From Blepharisma stoltei ATCC 30299 (lineage: Eukaryota > Protista > Ciliophora): DNA of 64,000 bases. Below, piece by piece: positions 59,869 to 64,000 of the stretch. Location of the stretch: positions 1-64,000 of the forward strand of contig CBFDEM010000029.1 of assembly GCA_965603825.1 (NCBI GenBank). The letters run 5' to 3'. A program made the translations under genes and the position numbers. The notes beneath the pieces are model-generated. The model worked only from the letters and a program-made list of their open reading frames with translations, did not search any database and was not told the origin of the DNA. Position 1 is the stretch's first letter; each line of letters begins with the position of its first letter.

Positions 59869-62846
59869 ATGATAATTTTTTATCTTATTCAAGTACTGGC
59901 TGAAGGCTTAGAGCTATATCTGATCCCTCATTCTCACTGTGATTCCGGCTGGCTAGAAACATTTGACAAGTATTATGAGCTCAAGGTAAAAAATATTTTG
60001 AGAAATGTAGTTACCTTGCTTGAAGAGGATGAGAATAGGCGGTTCTCTTGATCTGAGATATCTTTTCTCAAGGTGTGAATGGAAAATGAAGATAAAAAAA
60101 TTACAAATAAATTTAATGAATTAGTTGCAAAGGGAAGAATTGAAATAGTTGGTGGTGAGTATGTGCAAAATGATGAAGCAAATACAGATTTTGATATGAT
60201 CATCAGGCAAATTGAACTTGGCCATCAATTTTTGCATAAAGAGTTTGGTATTGAGAGAGTAAAAACAGGCTGACAAATTGATATTTTTGGTCATTCTGCT
60301 TTAACTCCTGGAATTTATTCGAGGTTTGGGTATGAATTTCTTGTAATAACTCGTATAAATGAAGTATTCAGATCCCAACTTCGAGAAACAAGAGGCATGG
60401 AATTTATATGAAAAGGAGTGGACTTTGGGAGCAGTGAATCAATTTTCACACACGTTTTATATGATTTTTATTATGCACCTTTACTTCTTAGAACTGAATT
60501 TATTGGGCCTTGCTTTGGCAGGCCCAAACATCTTGAAGCTGATATTAGGGAATGGTAATAACTAATTAGTGTAGCAATGCTCTGCAGCATGTGTAAAGAC
60601 TGATCTCAAGGATATAGGAATAAAAAAATAATGATGGTATATGGAGGAGATTTCTTTTACGATAATATCACAGAAGCAAGAATACTTTTCGAGAGAATTG
60701 AACAACTAGTTGATTGGCAACGAGATTCTGGGCTATATAAACAGCTAAAGATAAAATTTGCCACTCCAAGCGAGTATTTTGAAGATATTAAGAAATCAAA
60801 TAAAAAATATCCTGTGTATACTGGCGACTTTTTCCCTTATCAAAGCTATAGACTTAATATCCCAGCTTATTGAACTGGGTATTATAGCACAAGACCCTCT
60901 CTTAAGCAACTTATAAATAAAGCACATCGACTAGCTAGAGCTGCAGAAATTGCCAAAGCTTTAATACATGGAGAAGAGTTTGCAGCGTATAATGCAAGTT
61001 TAGCTTTACATCATGATGCAATAACTGGAGCTAGCAAGCCATGAGTTGCAGAGGACTATGAAATCAGATTAGAATCTGATTGTGAAAAAGCTTATCAAGC
61101 CATATGTGAAACGATATCATCAGTGTTTGCCAAGACAAAGTCTAGCTTTTCACTTGCTTTGCCTTATAAAGTTCTTATCCTTTATAACTCAATTAACTGA
61201 GATAAAACGGATTTAATTACTATCGATTCAGGTGTCCAGCATTTGGAAATTAAAAACTGACGAGGGGAGAGCATTGAGTCTCAATACATATCAAATCATG
61301 ATAAAACTGCGTATGTCATTTACCTAAAGTTGACACTCCCTGCTTTGTCATTTGTAACTCTTTTCATCACAGAGCACGCAACTTCGTGCAAATTGTGCTC
61401 TACACCTTTTATTTTAAAAGAAAACGGATCAATTATTTCAGATCAGTATTATTCAATAGAGTTTGACTCTCATGGATATGCTAAAAGCATCAAAAATTCA
61501 CACAAAAAATATGAACTAATACAAGAGTTTTGGTCTTATCCAGCTGATCGAGCTGGTGCTTATCTTTTTGAGCCAACCAGTGAGGGGAATCCAATTTCTG
61601 ATTTAAATCTCGAGTCATTTGAAATTTGGCAAGGCTCAGTAGCAAATATTGTGGAGGTTAAATGGAAAAGAATTAAAGAAAAAAATACAAACTATGATCA
61701 TTATTACAAGAAAATAATTTTATATAGAGAAAAAAGATTCATTTGGAAATATGGACTTTATGCAGCTGAAAATAAAGAAATTCTGGTTAGGTTTAAAAGC
61801 AAAGATATTGCAGCCAGCGATTGGTTTTATACCTCAAATTCTGGAGACTTGAGAATAAGGAAATATTTAAATTCAAAAGAATATTCTGATAAATATAATA
61901 CAAAGACTAAAAAACCTTTAATTCCAGAAGAAAAAGGTGAAAATATGTATCCAGTTCCAGGGGGATTTGCAATTAATATGGGTAAAGAAGCATTTAAAAT
62001 ATTTCCAAAATTTTCATTAGGTGTAGGAATTGTAAGTCACACGAGTTTCGAAATTTTAATGCATAGAAATGCCCCTTTAGATGATAGTTTAGGGCTTGGA
62101 GAAGGGGTAGATGATAAAACTTTTACTGATTACATTTTATGATTGAATTAAGCCCACTTTCTCAGCCTGAGCTTAAGGCATCTTCACTGGATACTAAAAC
62201 TGATATTTATCAATTTTGGATCAAAGACTCAAAAAGTTTTGAGACTGATAAGGACATGAAAAATGCATACAATTTTAATGAAAATTGAAAGTACATATCA
62301 AAGTACGAATTCGGATTTAATTATTCTCATATATATTTGTCTAGTGCAGTAATCAAAGAAAATCAGCTATTTTTACGATTTTGAAATTTTAAAAATACTT
62401 ATTCAGGGATTTCTTCTGAAAATTTCAGTATTGGCAGAAGAATGTTATTAGATGGATATAGCAAAGCAGTTATATCAGTTCCCTGGGAAGAAAACGGAAA
62501 AAAAATTGATTTCAAGAATAAAAGCCAAACTGGAATGCCGTTAATTGATCAGGATTCGTCTTATAAAGATGACTTTCAAGGTGATCAAGTCCTCAAACCT
62601 TGCGAGTTAGCAACTTTTCCTGCGAAAAGACTTCGCAAACATATATGAGGCTTTGAAAGAGAGAATAAAGATCCATTTTTCTTACAAAATAGCGAAGAAG
62701 GTTTAATAAGAGAGAATGAATCAGATGAAAACTCAAATATTTTTGTTTTGATTATCATAAGTCTCATCTTTTTAGGAGCTGCGACTATTATTTATATGAA
62801 GCTTAAAGCTAAAGCACATAAGAATAAGAATAAAGATTCAAAATAG
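59869..62846 (+). pseudogene. GH38 alpha-mannosidase copy 2 with a 1-nt deletion frameshift near 62132 (pseudogene, variant allele or assembly error)
   Basis: Colinear with copy 1, including the same intron (60555-60569) and intact catalytic motifs; copy 1 has GAT TAT CAT TTC TTG, copy 2 has GAT TA-CAT TTT ATG; homology continues in the shifted frame to TAG at 62844-62846. Confidence 0.8.
60555..60569 (+). other. 15-nt intron
   Basis: gtaataactaattag, same position and phase as in copy 1. Confidence 0.88.
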
Positions 62847-63043
62847 AGCGATTAGATTTCGATATCAGTGGTTATAGAATAATTAAGGATTTTATTTTTT
62901 AACATAAATAATTAACTATACCAGTATTAGCCAGTTGCTTTAAACAAAGTCAAAAAGAGAGTCAATTATAACTATTAATTATATGCTGAGCCAATTTAAT
63001 AAGGAAGGCTAAATACAAATTTGTATAATAATAAAAGCACATA

Positions 63044-63625
63044 TTACGGAGAGCTAAATGAATGCATACCACTTTCCTCAGTTTCAGGAGGAACAAAAAC
63101 GATATTAGGAGGCTTCAGAGTTTCTCCTCTTCTCTTTACCCTTGGCTTTTTAACTTCAGGGACTTCAGAATTCGGCTTCTTTGGCGATAAAAAAGGATCT
63201 GACTTGCATAAAGGACAACGAGGCTCTGGCTGTCGCTTAAACCATTCATCTATACAGCTATCATGAAAAACATGGCCGCATAGAAGCTTTCTTGCATATG
63301 AGTTTGAATTGAATCTAAATTAATTTTACTCTTCAAAGCAAATGCAGCATGCAACTTCATTTTTTACACTAAGATCATTTCCGAATTGAAACCTTGGGAA
63401 AAATGATTCTAAGTCAATTTCATGAACTGATATATGTTCAGGGACTACAGCATACATATGGTTACTTATAATTCCTAATAATAGTCTTCTAAATAATCTG
63501 ACTTCCCTTTGGGTATCGCTTTTTACTTTGCAACAAAAACATAAACAGCAGCCCATGCAGCATACGCACAAAAGTGCCAATATAGTAATAGTAGCGAGCT
63601 TTCCATCATCGTCATCATCAGACAT
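63044..63625 (-). CDS. RING-H2 E3 ubiquitin ligase with N-terminal TM/Cys-rich segment (~188 aa)
   Basis: After intron 63315-63329: CCICFEEFNSNSYARKLLCGHVFHDSCIDEWFKRQPEPRCPLCK (C3H2C3); TAA at 63044-63046. Confidence 0.9.
63315..63329 (-). other. 15-nt intron
   Basis: Reverse complement gtaaaattaatttag, phase 2; splicing completes the RING domain. Confidence 0.92.
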
Positions 63626-64000
63626 TTATTAAATGAATAATATTTAGATTTAAAACTTAAAATATAAACTGTCATAATTGAAGAACAGTTTTTGGATATT
63701 CTCTTTCATTTTTTTTATTCTTCAGAACAGAATTCATTATAGGAAGATAAAATGAAGCCTTAATGGATAAATTGCTCTATAATATATTATAAGAGACCTT
63801 GCATAAATTCTGAAAAGTAAAATAATGAAAAATATTAATTCCCTTTTTATATTTGGACCACTGGAATATATAAAATTGAAAGAAGTATTGTATAGTGCAA
63901 ATAAATCTATAATCATCAATAAATTAAAACTAGTCCACATATGTAAAGCTAATGCATTGAGAATGAAAACTAAAATATGAATTCTAATGAAAAAAATTAC

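Noticed and set aside
5589-63940. Short antisense or alternate-frame ORFs in the track (e.g. 5589-5861, 19784-20092, 30745-31257, 48510-48785, 54118-54324, 63021-63266, 63737-63940)
   Set aside because: They are shadows of real genes or AT-rich noise with no recognisable motifs

Overview
Eukaryotic, AT-rich, gene-dense DNA from a heterotrich ciliate macronuclear chromosome end, most consistent with Blepharisma. Three signals support this: a ~3.9 kb (CCCTAACA)n telomere, in-frame TGA read as Trp (TGA/TGG swap at equivalent positions in paralogues while TAA/TAG remain stops), and 13 tiny 15-16 nt GT..A.....AG introns. The supplied ORF track is fragmented because it treats TGA as stop and ignores these introns. 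Re-read with UGA=Trp, the window holds about 16 genes. Four belong to a giant Cys-rich/LamG-like multi-TM surface-protein family (~5078, ~3069 and ~1965 aa, plus one cut by the telomere). The others are mitochondrial IF2, an F-box protein with a cullin-repeat-like C-terminal half, a coiled-coil UVR-motif protein, a small acidic CaaX protein, an ABCB/MDR transporter, a mitochondrial helical-repeat protein, an unknown membrane protein, ETF-ubiquinone oxidoreductase, a PAS hybrid histidine kinase, two tandem GH38 alpha-mannosidases (the second frameshifted) and a TM RING-H2 ligase. The strongest leads are the ordered module grammar of the giant surface proteins (N-(AB)5-C-D, N-B-C4-D, N-B-C-D), the F-box/cullin-like fusion, the telomere cutting a gene and supplying its stop codon, and the uneven use of UGA-Trp between genes. 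All gene models were made by eye.
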